From Mobula hypostoma (taxonomy: Eukaryota): DNA of 64,000 nucleotides. The stretch covers positions 16,122,001-16,186,000 of the forward strand of contig NC_086109.1 in the NCBI RefSeq assembly GCF_963921235.1, in the 5' to 3' direction. Positions 9,641 to 22,000 of the stretch are shown piece after piece. The notes beneath the pieces are model-generated. The model was not told the DNA's origin. It ran no database searches and saw only the letters and a list, made by a program, of their open reading frames with translations. Each line of letters starts with the position of its first letter. Position 1 is the first letter of the stretch. Position numbers and translations under genes: made by a program.

Positions 9641-11419
9641 TCTTTTATCCTGGCTCATATTTTTGTGGGTCATAGACCAGCAGCATTCCTTGTGACCCAT
9701 TTGCTCCACTTCACCCCAAACATACACTCAGGTCAGGTCTTAATCTTTGGTTCCGTCTGCACCCTTTAACTTCAAGAAGGTTGCCTGAGATGTGCATCCA
9801 CTCAATTAATGGTACACTGAGGTCACAGTAATGTCGGGGGCTTGTCTCTTGTTGCTATAGAGATAAAATACCAACACAAGCCAGGATTGACAATGTTCTT
9901 AACCCCTCTCGATTCTCCAAATCTTCAACATTTGAAGAAGAATCTCCTGCAGGTAAACATGAGGTAAGCTCACACTAAATTCAGATTTAGATTGAGATAG
10001 TTATCTCACGTACACTGAAATTCACTGTGAAATGTGTCATTTGTGTTAACACCCAACAGACGTAAGGAATTGATGGGGTCAGCCCACAAGTGTTGTCACA
10101 CATTCCAATATCAACATGTCCTCAATACTTGGTGGAACAACAACAAACAACAAGACAACTGCAAAACAAGCCATTTCCCTCCTCTCCATCCACCACGCAC
10201 ACGGCTGGTCCTCCACCCCTAGGACAGGCCTCTGGGTCTCCATTCTCCAGGTATCTGTCATTGGACTTCGATTTCCGGACTTCCATTTCATCTTCAGGTT
10301 TCAATTTTTGGTATCGACCTCCAGAATAGTCTATAACGGGACCCCAAAGTCCAGGCCTGCTGACTCATGGGCTGTCATTACTACTGCTCATATGAACTTC
10401 CGATCCTGGGACCTATCGCCCTTGGGACATCCCGACCTCCATGTTACCCACCCATGTTGCTGGCCTTGGAGTCTGGAGCAGAGGCCTAGATGCTGGATGT
10501 CCTTTGCTCCATTTCCACATTGCTGTCCTTTGATTGCAGAGTGGAGCAGTGACGGACATATTGCTGGCCTTTGAACATGGGCCAGAGGCCTATACTCCGG
10601 CCTGACATCCTACTCCTCCACATTTCCTGTCACTAAATACCAACTTGTTCCATAACCCTCCTCTCTATCCCCGACCATTGCTACGAACTTTAAAAAAAAA
10701 CTAAAACCGCATTTTCCTGGAAGACTTCCATTTTTTCAGTCAAAATATATATTTCTCTAAGGTGGAATGGCTGTCCATTAGCTGTAAAGATTCAGCCATG
10801 CATGTAACTGTGAGCATCACTCCCATGGCATTGGGAAGGTGAGGCTTTGCAAGGATGGATCACTGGTGATCAATACTAGGTAAGTGGGAAGCAGACTCTT
10901 TGGATGTCATGAGATAACATTTCCAGAGACACAAACACTATAAAAAGCCATTGTTGAGACGGAGGGGATGAGGACTTGCAGGTGCCCCACTAAAGAGGGG
11001 GCTGACAAAAAATAGTAAGATGAATCTTACCTACTCTTCTTCAGCATAGTAACTATATCATGTTTTTCATTTCCCTTGCCTTAATATAATCTCCCATCCA
11101 ATGGACTGTACTTCTAAACATGTCACAGTTCCTCAGACCTGCAGTAAAGATTGAGCAGAGACTTTTCTGCTCAAGGCCCTGGAGTTGGACCCGAATCCAC
11201 AACTTACAGATTCAGGGCCAAATCAAAGATGAGATTATTATCCTATCCACAAGTACATGCAAACGCAGGTGCCATGAAAAGCTGAGCTGCAGCATCATCA
11301 TATAAGCAATATCCACAAAGATATTGTGAATCCATAAATTAAGCATTAAAAAACACATTTTTTAAAGAAAGAGCACAATTGGAACAAGCAACCTCAATGC
11401 CAGCAAAACAAAAGAGTCG

Positions 11420-12200
11420 GTCATCAACTTCATGAAGTGGAGTAGTGCACATGCTTTGGTCTTCATAAATGGCGCTGAAGTTCAAGGAGTTGAAAGCCTC
11501 AAGTTCTTTGTAGGAAATATCACTAATAGGCTGTCCTTGTCCAACCATGTAGACACCAGGACCAAAAATGCTCACCAATACCTGTACTTCCTCAGAAGAC
11601 TAACAAAAGTTTGCATCTCCTTATCAAACTTTACCAATTTTTATCAATGCATCATAGAAAGCATCCTGTCTGAAAATATCACAGCTTGGTGGAGCAACTG
11701 CTCTGTCTGTGACAGCAGGAAACTGCAGCATGGCAGACTCAGGACGGCACATCACAAGAATCAGCCTCCGCTCCATCGACTCAGTCTATACTTTTTGCTG
11801 CCTCAGTAAAATAGCCAGCATAATCAAAGACTGTACCCACCCTGGACATTCTCTTCTCTCCTCTCCCACTGGGCACAAAATACAGGAGCTTGAAGGCATC
11901 TACCACCAGGGTAAAGTGGTTTCTACCATGCTGTTATGAGATTATTGAATATTTGCCGAATAGGAAAAAATAGATTCTTGACCTCACAACCTCCCTCGTT
12001 CAGATTTTGCAACTTAGTGTCTCTCTACGCTTCACTCTAGAGTTGTAACACTTTATTCTGTATCCAGTTATTGTTTTACCTTGTTCTATCTCAATGCACT
12101 GTGTAATGAATTGATCTGTATGAGCAGTGTGCAAGACAAGCATCTCACTGTACCTTGGTGCATGAGACAATAGTAAACCAATTCTAATTCCAAAATACAA
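11420..12200 (+). mobile_element. Rex1/Babar-type LINE 3' fragment
   Basis: ORF 11432-11809 reads VESLKF...LYFLRRL...FYQCIIESILSENITAWW, followed by SIIKDCTHPGHSL. Confidence 0.8.
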
Positions 12201-14029
12201 CCAAGTCCATTTTAGCGCGAAGTGATCAAAGTGTATGGTGTTGCTAAACAGTAGTGATTAGCATTCTGGCGGTTGGTTCAAGAACTGAATGACTGTAAGA
12301 CCATAAGATATAGGAGCAGAATCAGGCCATTTGGCCCATTGAATCTGCTCCAGCATTTCATCATGACTGATCCAATTTTCTTCTCAGCTCCGATCTCCTA
12401 CCTTCTTCCCATATCCCTTCAATGCCCTGAATGGGTGAAGGGGAACAGCTGTTCTTGAACCTGAAGGCATGGGACCTTAGGCTTCTGTAACTGCGAAAGG
12501 TTATCTCCAAATTAAGCAGCACATAATAAAAGAATCAGGTAATCGGATGTTGCACACATGCTTTCTTTATGATAATTTATAACTGGGCAACATTTCAGCC
12601 ATCTTAAAATGGCAAAATTACCCCCTTTCCTTATGTTGTGGTGGAAAAAAATTCCCTTCAATGTCTGGCAAAGGAAAATGGTCTAATTTTTGGTATCAGA
12701 TACATGCATCAGAGCTGAGTGCTTCTAAGCCTTCAGATGCTAGAAACGATTAGGACTGATCGATAAACCATCAGTTATTTACGTCGATCTTACTGCACTT
12801 AGTTGCCCCAGCAGAGGATATTGTCAACAGGAAGTCAAATTACAGCTGTGCCTGAAGAAACGTTGAGTGGTTTGCTATTACCTGTCAAGCTGCTCTCCAC
12901 TGCGTATATGTGATTGCTAAATTTCACTATTAAGTTGAGCCTACTATTTTTGATCTTTCCATCATTGAAGTGGAGATTTCTGGATGAACAGTCAGTGGCT
13001 GCGAGATTCAGTCAGAGGTCGGATATCCTGCAGAGAGTGACTCACTTCCTGATACCCCGAAGGCTTGCTACCGGCTGCTGTAATGTAACACTCTCCACTT
13101 CACAGGATAACTGTAACTTCGGCAAGTCTCCAGCTCGGAAGCAGACAGGTCTGAGTAACCCATCTGACTGGCATTCCATAGTGTCTGCTGCTTGGCAGCG
13201 GCTTCCAGTGTTATGTCACTTGTTGGAATAGAAGTTTTTTATTTAACAAGAGGTACCCTAGACCCAATACAATCCGTGTCTTTAAGCTTTTGCTGTGGGT
13301 GGTGTTCCAGTCTCTGCAGTTGTTATGCTGTTTCAAAGTAGATACCAGACAGTTCTCTCTCTTGTCATGAAGATTAGCTTTCTATTTTTTAATAATATAA
13401 TATAACCACATACATAGAGTGGCCATCTAATTAACCAAGATTCAGGAATCAAGATTGTTGTCATTCTTCAGGACACAAGTGTAAAGAAGAACAAAGTTAT
13501 TGTTACTCTAATCTAATGCAGCATTAAAAAACACTATATACCTGTATATGTATATTATAAAACTTAATGTACTAGCCACTGTTTGAGTGCGGCCATATAT
13601 ACAGTACATAGATGAGTTTATATATTGTACACAGACTGATTGTAGGTACAAATAAGTAATTTGCACCTAGGTGCGGGAGTCCTGAAAATAAGGTGAGGGA
13701 CCTTCTAGGTAACAGAAGGGCATATGAAAGCACAGTAGGACAGTGCCTGTATCAATGTAAGTATGAGATATGAAGTGTACCAATAACATAGTATAAGCAA
13801 ACACAAAAAATGCCTGAAAATGGGAGCAGGAATTGGGCACCAGGCCCCTCAAACCTGACTCACCATTCAATATAATCATACTGATCTAAGCTGGTATCAA
13901 CTCCTCTTCAATTTCAGTTTCCCTCAGAGCCTTAATTCTTCAATCTTTCAATTTTTTTTACTTCTTTATTTACTCGGGAGATGGACACAGACTCTACAGA
14001 AATGAAGCAATGCAGCAGTAAGGTCATGG

Positions 14030-15250
14030 AACCTACACAGATTACAGAGGAGGAGGTGTTTGCTATCTTGCAGCAAATTAGAGTGAATAAATCCTCAAGC
14101 CCTGACAAGGTGTTCCCTCAGACCCTGTGGGGGGGCTAGGGCAGACATTATAGGGGCCGTAGCAGAGATACTTAAAGCATCATTAGCCATGGGTGAGATG
14201 CCAGGGGATTGAAGGATAGTGAAAGTTGTTCCATTGTTTAAAAAAGGTTCTAGGAATGAGCTAGGAATTTATAGGCCAGTAAGCCTGACATTAGTCATCA
14301 GAAAGTTATTGGAAGGTATTTGAAGGGAACAAATATATGAGCATTTGGATAGACAGGGACTGATTAGAGATGGTCAATATGGTTTTGTGCATGGTAGGTC
14401 ATGTCTATCCAATCATATAGAGTTTTTTGAGGAAGTTACCAGGAAAATTGATGAAGACAAGGCAGTAGATGTTGTCTACATGGACTTTAGCAGGGCCTTT
14501 GACAAGATCCCACGTGGGAGGTTGGTCAAGAAGGTTCAGCCACTTGGCATTCAAGATGAGGTAGTAAATTGGATTAGACATTGGCTTCACAAAAGAAGCC
14601 AGAGGTGGCTGTAGATGGTTGCCTCTCCACCTGGAAATCTGTGACTAGTGGAGTGCCACAGGGATCAGGTGCTGGATCTGTTGCTGTCATCTATATCAAT
14701 GATCTGGATGATAATGTAGTAAAATGGATCAGCAAATTTGTGGATGACACAAAGATTAGGGGTGTGGTATACAGTGAGGAGCACTATAAAAGCTTGCAGT
14801 GGGATCTAGGCTTGCTGGAAACTGACTGAGCTGAAAAATAGCAGATGAAATTTAATACAGAAAAGTGTGAGGTGTTGCACTTCAGTAGGACCAACCAGGG
14901 TAGATATAAAACAGTGACCGGTAGGGCACAGAGGACTGCAGTAGAACAGAGGGTCCTTGGAATATAGATCCATAATTACTTGAAAATGGCATCACAGGAT
15001 GTAAAGAAAGGTTTTGGCACATGAGCCTTCATAAATCAATGTATTAAGGACAGGAGTTGGGATGTTATGTTTAAATTGTACAAGATATTGGTGAGGCCTA
15101 ATTTGGAGTAATGTGTCCAGTCTTTGTCACCTTCCTACAGGAAAGATGTAAATAAGATTGAAAGAGTACAAAGAAAATTTACAAGGATGTTGCCGGAACT
15201 GGAGGACCTGAGTTATTGGAAAAGGTTAAATAGGCTTCGGCTTTATTCAT
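14030..15250 (+). mobile_element. Decayed CR1 RT region (continues at about 16080-16390)
   Basis: QYGFVHGRSCLSN, VYMDFSRAFDKIP, GVPQGS and SKFVDDTK motifs with frameshifts. Confidence 0.85.
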
Positions 15251-15311
15251 GAACTTCCAAGAGAACTACAACTTTGTCGTGGTTTGCATTCCTCAATGAC
15301 CTGGAGAGCTA

Positions 15312-15785
15312 GAAGGGGTGATTGATAAGTTCATGGCTAAAGGTGGAAAGAGTCAATTTTAGAAAAAATAGCACATTTGTTTTCCAACATAGTCCCCTCC
15401 TACATTTACACACTTAGTCCAGCGCTCGTGGAGTATACAGATCTTAGACCTCCAGAAGGTGCCTACAGCAGAGGTGATTGATAAGTTTGTGGCCTAAGGT
15501 AGAAGGAGATGAGTTATTAACTTCAAACCTTCTGCATAATCACTCAAAGAGTTGACCTGCGTGTTCATGTAACAAGAGCCGTATAACTCATCTTCTACAT
15601 TAGGCCACGAACTTACCAATCACCCCAGTGCTGGACACTTTCTGGAGGTCCAAGATCCATATGCTCCACGACCGCTGGACGAAGTGTGTAAATGTAGGAG
15701 GGGACTACGTTGAAAAATAAATGTGCTAGGTTTTCTAAAGTTGACTCCTTCTACCTTAGGCTACAAACTTATCAATCACCCCTCG
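15312..15785. mobile_element. Mariner-like foldback MITE
   Basis: TIR (C/G)(G/A)AGGGGTGATTGATAAGTT, TA TSD, inverted arms of about 200 bp and internal extra TIR copies. Confidence 0.85.
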
Positions 15786-16794
15786 TATGTTGACTGGAGT
15801 CAGGGCTTTATTCTTTGGCTCTTGGTAGGGCCAACCAAGCCAGTCAGTTTAAGGGGTAGAGGACAGACTAAGAGAGGTCCACTGGTCCTCCAGGTTTGGG
15901 GGTTTGGTTTAGGGCTAACAACCTTGAATGATCAAGCAAAACTGTTATGGAAAGAGCAATGAAAAATCCTAGTACATCTGGATGGTCCAGAACAAACAGA
16001 AATGGAGGACCTTCATTGCTGCTCTAAACATCAGTGGCGTACAGTGCAGCAAATTAAGTTTTTTCCCTATGGTATATTAGATTGAGGGGAGATTTGTTAG
16101 AGGTATACATAATTGTGAGGGGTATAGATAGGGTAAATGCAAGCAGGCTTTTCCCACTGAGGCTGGGTGAGACTAGAACAACAGGTTCAAAGTTCAAGGT
16201 AAAATTTTTTATCGGAGTACATACATGTCACCACATGACATGAGTTAAGGTCCTGTCATGTGTTAAGGTCAAGAGTTAAGGGTGAAAGGTGAAATGTGAG
16301 TGTGTGCAGGTTGATGGGACTAGGAAGATTAATAGTTTGACACAGACTGAATGGGCTGAAGGGCCTGTTTCTGTGCTGTAATGTTCTATGACTCTATGGC
16401 TCCATTAGACACTTTAACCCTGGGATACTCTCTGTCTACTCTAACTATTTCTCTCATAATCTTATAAACCTCCATCAGACCTCCACTCAGCCTCAGAGTT
16501 ATCAAACGCCTGGGTTTGCTGGATGTTGGAATTGCGGGCTGCCCCAGCACATCCTTGGGAGCATTGATATTTAACACAGACAGCACATTTCACTGTATGC
16601 TTTGATATACCTGTGATGAATAAATAAATCAGAATCAGAATATGAATCTATGTGACTCTTCCACTATTCAGAGCATCTCAACAATTCTCCCATCAAGCAG
16701 CTTTAAGATATTATGGGTTTCAATAACGTCACCCGTGATACTTCCAGACTCCGAGGAATACAAACCCAGACAATCTCACCTCTCTTGGAAGGAA

Positions 16795-17170
16795 CAACCT
16801 GACAGACGGGGTGTTTTGAATATCTCAGAAAGCTAATCTCCTGGGATTTTCACGCACAACAGTCTCTAGAGTTTACAGAGAAGAGTGCGAGAAACGAAAA
16901 ACATCCAGTGAGTGGTATTTCTCCGGGCGAGGATGACTAGTTAATGAGAGAGGCCAGAGGAAAATGGTCAGACTGGTTCAAGCTGACAGGAAGGTGACAG
17001 TGACTCAAATAACCACGCGTTACGACAGTGGTGTGCAGAACAGCATCTCTGAACACACAACACGTTAAACCTTGAAGTGGATAAGCTCCAGCAGAAGCAG
17101 ACCACGAACATACACCCACTGGCCATTTTATTCGGTATAACAATTAACCCAATAAAGTGGACTCTGGGCG
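16795..17170 (+). mobile_element. Tc1-like non-autonomous element with an N-terminal transposase remnant
   Basis: Translates LLGFSRTTVSRVYRE...RGQRKMVRLVQADRKVTVTQITT; ends in a short TIR palindrome. Confidence 0.75.
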
Positions 17171-17880
17171 TCTACTGGCCACACAAACTTACAAGCTACT
17201 GAAAACGCTTTCGTTCTGGAAGGCCCTTCAAGTTGCTAATTATCCTAGATGTACAAGTTCTAACTAACAGGCAAGCAGTAAATGATTTTTCATCTCAAAA
17301 GGCCTTTGATTTACAGCGAATGACAGGAGTACATCAATGAAATGCATTTTCCATGATTTTGAATTAGTAGCAGTCCAGATGCCCTGATTAGAAATACTTA
17401 CCATAGCTGATAGATCCATTTTCAGCTGGATTAATAAATGCTGTCTGATCTGATATTCAGATCATGAAAGCCTGGGCTTTGCTATGAGCAAGGTTTGTTA
17501 TTTTACGATATTGGACATTTAACAGGCTTCTCAGATGAAATATTTTTGGTCCCATTAACATCAATAGCACCATGTGGCCACTTATTAATGCAGCGTAAAT
17601 TAAAAAAAGGAGATTTTGTTCTATCATGTGCCCACTTCTGCTCGACTTTGGAAGATTTCATACTTGTTATTATGTAAATGATACTTAGCAGGACGTTGAT
17701 AAGTAACCTACGCAATTTCAATTCCATTTTGTGACAGAACAGAAATCTGAGCTACATGATAGAGGTACCACCGGTAGTAGGGTTGTAAAGAAATCTTCTG
17801 GCAAAAAAAAACCTTTATAAATCCATGTATTGAGCACAAGAATAGGAATTTATGTTGAAAACTTATAAGATGTTGGTGAG

Positions 17881-18076
17881 CAACCAACAGGAATTCTGCA
17901 GATGCTGGAAATTCAAGCAACACACATAAAAGTTGCTGGTGAACGCAGCAGGCCAGGCAGCATCTCTAGGAAGAGGTGCAGTCGACGTTTCAGGCTGAGA
18001 CCCTTCATCAGGACTAACTGAAGGAAGAGTGAGTAAGGGATTTGAAAGTTGGAGGGGGATGGGGAGATCCAAAATG
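17881..18076 (-). mobile_element. Penelope-derived short retroelement with an 18-bp TSD, inserted in a CR1
   Basis: TTATAAGATGTTGGTGAG is duplicated at 17863-17880 and 18077-18094; contains a hammerhead core. Confidence 0.75.
17980..18015 (-). ncRNA. Minimal type I hammerhead ribozyme motif
   Basis: The reverse complement reads AGTC-CTGATGA-AGG GTCTCAG CCT-GAAA-C-GTC-GACT: stem I AGTC/GACT, CUGAUGA box, 3-bp stem II, GAAA box, palindromic ACGT stem III region and a GUC cleavage triplet. Confidence 0.7.
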
Positions 18077-19075
18077 TTATAAGATGTTGGTGAGGCCTAA
18101 TTTGGAGTATTGTGTCCAGTTTTAGTCATCTTACAGGATAGGTGTAAATAAAATTGAAAGAGTGCAGAGAAAATTTACAAGGATGTTGCCAGGTCTAGAG
18201 GACCTGAGTTATAAGAAACAGTTGAATAGGTTAGGAATTTATTCCTTTGGAAGGTAGAAGATTGAGGGGAGATTTGATAGCGGGATCCAAAATTATGAGT
18301 TGTATAGACAGGGTAAATGAAAATAGGCTTTTTCCACTGAGGTTGGGTGTGACTACAACTGGATGTCTTGAGTTAATTGTGAAAGGTGAAATGTTTAAGG
18401 CAAACATGAGGTGGCACCTCTTCACTCAGAGGGTGGTGAGGGTGCACAACGTGCTGCCAGAACAAGTGATGGATGCAATTTTGATTTCTACTTTTAAGAG
18501 AAATTTGGATAGGTACCGGGATGGGAGGGGAATGGAGGGCTATGGAGGGATGAAGGTCGAAAACTAGGCAGGTTAATGGTTTGCCACAGACTAGCTGATC
18601 TGAAGGGCCTGTTTCTGTGCTGTAGTGTTCTATGACATCATGCACCACAAATCCTTCAGCTGACCTACAGTCTGTACTAAAATTATTTGATCTCTGTTCC
18701 ATGGTTCAAGGCAACAGGAAATGAATTCAGCTATATGGATACTCAAGCCTTTTCTTCCACCTATTAAGATCACAGCTGACCTTATCTCCTAATCACTTAA
18801 CTCTGCTAGGACCTGCGTCACCGGGGTCAGAGGGCAAGGCCCAAAAGATCAAACCAGTCATCTGCAACTCCTGGAGTGAGGTCCGAAGCTGGAGGCCCGA
18901 TGTCTCGAGCGTGAATGTTCGGGGCCTAGTACAGGAGATCCAGAAGTGCCTTGACCTAGGGTTGGAGGCTTGTCCATATATGCATGTCTGAGGGTGGGTG
19001 GAAAGAAGGGAGGGTGAGAAAGTGGTTTATGTTGTTGGTACTTGTGTTGTTCTGCTCAACATCGTTCGCATGCTA

Positions 19076-19671
19076 CGAGGGATGATTAATAAGTTCATAA
19101 CCTAAAGTAGAAGGAGTCAATTTTAGAAAACCTAGCACATTTATTTTTCAGCATAGTCCCCTCCTACATTTACACACTTAGTCCAGCAGTCCTGGAGCAT
19201 ATGGATCTTGGACCTCCAGAAAGTGCCCACAGCAAGGGTGATTGATAAGTTCGTGGCCTAGGGTAGAAGGAGATGAGTTATACAGCTCTCGTTATATGCA
19301 CATGCAGGTCAACTCTGAGTGATTATGCAGAAAGTTTGAAGTTAAGAACACATCGGGGTGATTGATAGGTTCATGGCCTAAGGTAGAAGGAGATGAGTTA
19401 TTAACTTCAAACTTCCTGCATTTTCACTCAAAGAGGTGACCTGCATGTGCATGTAATGAGAGCTGTATAACTCATCTCCTTCTACCATAGGCCACAAACT
19501 TATCAATCACCCATCTGTGGACACTTTCTGGAGGTCCAAGATCCGTATGCTCCACGACCGCTGGACTAAGTGTGTTCATGTAGGCGGGGACTATGTTGAA
19601 AAATAAATGTGCTAAGTTTTCTAAAACTGACTCCTTCTACCTTAGGCCATGAACATATCAATCACCCCTCG
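19076..19671. mobile_element. Mariner-like foldback MITE, same family as 15312-15785
   Basis: TA|CGAGGGATGATTAATAAG...ATCAATCACCCCTCG|TA, with internal TIR copies at about 19236, 19355 and 19510. Confidence 0.85.
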
Positions 19672-20129
19672 TATGTCGGCTCTGGAATGTGTGGCAATGC
19701 TCGCAGGCTGTGCCTCCAGCATATTCTTTTCTATGTTGGTTGTTAATGCAAACAACATGTTTCACTGTATGTGTCAGTGTCAATGGCGGTAGAGAGCACC
19801 TTCTTCAAGCTCATCTGTGGAAACAGCTTAATTTCTACCTTTAATGTCTCTTTTTTCCCTTCTCAAGGAGGATAGGGTTCTGTCAGTGCCCTTGACCTGC
19901 ACCTGCACTCCAACTGTGGTTCTTTATTGCGATGGGACCTGTTTTTGGGCCGTTTTTCAATATCCTAAGGGTGAGACCTAGAAGACGAGCTCACCTCTGG
20001 GGTTCTGAGGCTTCACAGCCCTGTGGATGAGGTGATTCCTGGCTGGTGTTGCTGACTGAAGTGTCACAGAGAAAATGGAATATCAGGAACAGCAGATCAG
20101 CTGTCAGAGGTCTCAGTACTCGGTGAATT

Positions 20130-20454
20130 TCTTTCTCTCCTTCTCCCTCTCCCTTGCCCCCTCCCTCTCCCCTCCCCCTCTCCCATTCTCCCTTTCTCCA
20201 TCCCTCTCCCCTCTCCCCCTTCCCCTCCCCTCCCCTCTCCACTCCCCCACTCCCCCCTCTCCCTCTTGCTCCCTCCCTCTCTCCCTCTCTCCCTCTCTCC
20301 CTCTCACTCCCTCTCTCCCTCTCTTCCTCCCTCTCTCCTTCTCCCTCTCCCTCTCCCTCTCCCTCTCCCTCTCCCTCCCTCCCTCTCCCTCTCCCTCTCC
20401 CTCTCCCTCTCCCTCTCCCTCTCCCTCTCCCTCTCCCTCTCCCTCCCTCTCTCC

Positions 20455-20490
<36 letters not shown>
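20130..20490. repeat. Polypyrimidine/polypurine simple repeat, (CTCTCC)n and (CT)n
   Basis: About 360 bp of almost pure C/T on the + strand. Confidence 0.97.
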
Positions 20491-20494
<4 letters not shown>

Positions 20495-21569
20495 CACTGC
20501 CAATTTTCGAGTCAGAGAACTCAGAAGAGGTGATACAGCAGACTTTAACACTGTAATCAGTGAGTTGTTCTGTTTTTGTCTCCCTTCTCACTGTGTGACA
20601 CCTCTCTGCCCCTTTATTAGGGAGAGAGCGAGCCTGTGGAATATCAAATTGATGGGTGAACAATTAGTTTTTGTTGTACTACTGATTATGGCCTTTCTTG
20701 GCTGATGCTTTTTGCTGAAATAAGTGGGGAGGGCAAGTGGGAGGGGGAGAGTTGATGCTTTGCTGTTGCTTATGAGTGGGAGGAGGAAGAAGAGGGCTTT
20801 GAGGTTCTGATGTTTTTGCTGTCACTCGTTCTTCAGGGTACTCTTCTGATTATGTGGATATCTGCGAGTAGCAAGAATTTCAAGTTGTATATTGTACACA
20901 TTCTCTGATATTATGTGGAACTATTGAATTATTATCCAGTAATTAACAAAAATCTATCAATCCTGCATTTAAACGGACCAAACATCTTTCTTTGTAAGAA
21001 AGATTTCTAAATTTCTATAAACTGCTGCATGTAGGAATCACTCTCTGTATTGCCTTGAGCGATGGAAGTTGGGGATTAAACAATTTGGGTAGGGGAACAA
21101 ATTACAGCCCCATTCGATATCCAGTGACTTCTGATTGCAAGTAAATGTAATTAGACTGGATGTATTCACAAAACTTCTGTAATTATTGCCAAGAGAGAAA
21201 TTATTGAATTGCTGAAGTACAATAATTATAAAACTCATTGAATGTGTTTTGACATAAACCGCAGGAATGAATTTACCATTGTCTGCTATCTGCAGTGCAA
21301 TTGCTGTCATATTTATCATAAAGAGCACAGCATATTTTAATTCACTTCATGCTTCCCTACCCTGAGTGTTCCTCCTGGTGATTAACCAAGGAACAACCTG
21401 CCAATAGATCTGTTCTATGACCTATTCTTGGCTTCTCTTCCGCAACAGAAGTCTAATCAACAACTTTATCTCATCCTTTACAGATTACATTTTGGGGAGA
21501 AGTCATTCTGTGCAAAGGCTGAAAATGACATGGTCAGAAAACTGAAAGCTGAGTTGATAGAAATTTAGT

Positions 21570-22000
21570 CGGCTCCATCTTGGATACTAGCCTACGAAGT
21601 ACCAAGAACATCTTCAGGGAGCGGTGTCTCAGAAAGGCAGCGTCCATTATTAAGGACCTCCAGCACCCAGGGCATGCCCTTTTCTCACTGTTACCATCAG
21701 GTAGGAGATACAGAAGCCTGAAGGCACATACTCAGGGATTCAGGAACAGCTTCTTTCCCTCTGCCATCCGATTTCTAAATGGACATTGAACCGATGAACA
21801 CTATCTCATTTTTTAAATATATATTATTTCTGTTTTTGCATGATTTTTAATCTACTTAATATACATATATTGTAATATATTTATTTATTATTATGATTTT
21901 TTTTTCTTCTATATAATGTATTGCATTGAACTGCTGCTGCTAAGTAAACAAATTTCACAACGCATGCTGGTGATATTTAAACCTGATTCAGATTCTGATC
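21570..22000 (+). mobile_element. Rex1/Babar-type LINE 3' end
   Basis: RCLRKAASIIKDLQHPGHALFSLLPSGRRYRSL...RNSFFPSAIRFLN; near-identical to 63593-63802. Confidence 0.85.

Larger units (their letters stand above)
17790..18640 (+). mobile_element. Decayed CR1 3' fragment
   Basis: ORF 18247-18567 reads RRLRGDLI...FTQRVVRV; TTCTATGA tail. Confidence 0.8.

Noticed and set aside
10116..10574. 152-aa ORF
   Set aside because: No recognisable protein motifs; lies in repeat-like sequence.
19991..20705. Long ORFs of 96-186 aa rich in ER/GR/SP/LS
   Set aside because: These are translation artefacts of the CT-rich simple repeat.
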